Assembly: GCA_040902005.1 (NCBI GenBank)
Contig: JBBDYA010000013.1
Span: forward strand, 1 to 17,308
Origin: Gemmatimonadaceae bacterium
Lineage (GTDB): Bacteria; Gemmatimonadota; Gemmatimonadetes; Gemmatimonadales; Gemmatimonadaceae
Direction: 5' to 3'
DNA length: 17,308 nucleotides
Shown: positions 15,997-17,308 of the stretch, in pieces
Layout of the letters: each line of letters begins with the position of its first letter
Numbering within the stretch: the stretch's first letter is position 1
The notes under the pieces: model-generated
Told to the model about the DNA's origin: nothing
Seen by the model: the letters and a program-made list of their open reading frames with translations, nothing else
Databases searched by the model: none
Translations under genes and position numbers: made by a program

Positions 15997-17308
15997 GTGG
16001 CGAAGAAGAAGCAGAAGAAGCCCGACGCGGTGGGGAAGGGGGAGGGGGGGGCGGGAGCGCGGTGGATTCAAGACGTCACGGCACGCGGCGCGCGCGTCGG
16101 CCTCGGGTCCCAAGAGCCAGCAGAAGCGCGCCGCCGAGGAGCGCGAGATTGCGGGGGCGAGCCACACATCACGCGAGACGAGCCGATTCCTGCGCGGTGA
16201 GGCGATCGCTCCGTCCGGCATCACGGGAACGGAAACCGCCGCGGACCTGATCGACAGCGCCTTTCTCGCCTACAACGCCGCGCGGCTGCGCGAGGCGTGC
16301 CATCTCTTCACGCGGAAGATGCTCGAGCCGGACGTGACCGTCGGGCTCACGCTCACCGGCGCGCTCACGCCGGCGGGGCTCGGCATGGCGGCGATCATCC
16401 CGCTCATCGAGTCCGGGTACGTGGACTGGATCATCTCCACGGGCGCCAACCTGTATCACGACACGCATTTCGGGCTCGGCCTCGCGATGCATCGCGGCAA
16501 CCCGCAGGAGTCGGACGTGGTGCTGCGCGAGGAAGGCATCGTGCGCATCTACGACGTGTTCTTCGACTATGACGTACTGCTGTCCACGGATGCCTTTTTC
16601 CGGGCCATCATCCAGAGTCCCGAATTCCAGCGCCCGATGTCCAGCGCGGAGTTCCACCACCTCTGTGGCCGGTTTGTGCGCGAGCGCGAAGTGACGCTCG
16701 GCATCGGGCGGAAGTCGCTGCTCGGCGCGGCGTACGAGGCAGGGGTGCCGGTGTATACGTCGTCACCGGGTGACTCGTCCATCGGGATGAACATCGCGGC
16801 GCTCGCGCTGGACGGAAACAAGTGCGTCATCGACCCGAATGCGGACGTGAACGAGACGGCGTCCATCGTGCTCGAGGCCAAACGGGGCGGCGGACGCTCC
16901 GGGGTGCTGATCTGCGGCGGCGGCAGCCCGAAAAACTTCGCGCTCCAGACGGAGCCGCAGATCCAGGAAGTGCTCGGCATCGACGAGAAGGGACACGATT
17001 ACTTCCTCCAGATCACGGACGCCCGCCCGGACACCGGCGGGCTGTCCGGCGCGACGCCCGCCGAGGCGGTGAGCTGGGGGAAGATCGATCCGGATCGCCT
17101 GCCCGACGCCGTGGTCTGCTATCTGGACACGACCGTCGCGCTCCCGTTGCTCACGGCCTATGCGCGCGCGCGCCACAAGCCCCGCACGCTCAAGCGGCTG
17201 TACGACCGTCGCGAGGCGATGATGCAACGCCTCATCGATGAATATCGGAACGCGGGCGACGCGCCGGCGGCGAAGGACACCGACGCGACGCTGCCGATGC
17301 ACAGGTAG
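15997..17308 (+). CDS. Deoxyhypusine synthase-like protein, probable homospermidine synthase (SpeY-like); N-terminus appears frameshifted at a G8 tract
   Basis: [27 protein letters not shown] (catalytic Lys), and [16 protein letters not shown]. The SD-preceded GTG 15997 is out of frame with the catalytic ORF (15944-17308) by one base. Confidence 0.88.

Overview
GC-rich bacterial chromosomal segment with densely packed housekeeping and envelope genes. The gene content suggests Gemmatimonadota, but this is an inference. In order it holds: the 5' end of a xanthine dehydrogenase-family molybdopterin subunit and its 2Fe-2S subunit; a 7Fe ferredoxin; a repeat-built hairpin between convergent genes; a minus-strand run (AI-2E transporter, D-cysteine desulfhydrase-like PLP enzyme, thioesterase, alpha/beta hydrolase, membrane methyltransferase); RNase D; a coiled-coil membrane protein; a SufT/DUF59 protein; an AmiE-like serine hydrolase; an ECF sigma / zinc anti-sigma / protease-less double-PDZ operon; a TrxB-like oxidoreductase; a matrixin metalloprotease; queG with a coupled small ORF; a LOG-family gene; and a deoxyhypusine-synthase-like (probable homospermidine synthase) gene. 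I saw no mobile element, CRISPR array, rRNA or tRNA. The most notable observations are an apparent frameshift in a G8 tract of the DHS-like gene, a cluster of Bacteroidota-type O-glycosylation motifs in a transporter loop, the ECF-PDZ module with candidate promoters, repeated leaderless gene starts, and a strand-asymmetric (G.U) 9-mer hairpin.
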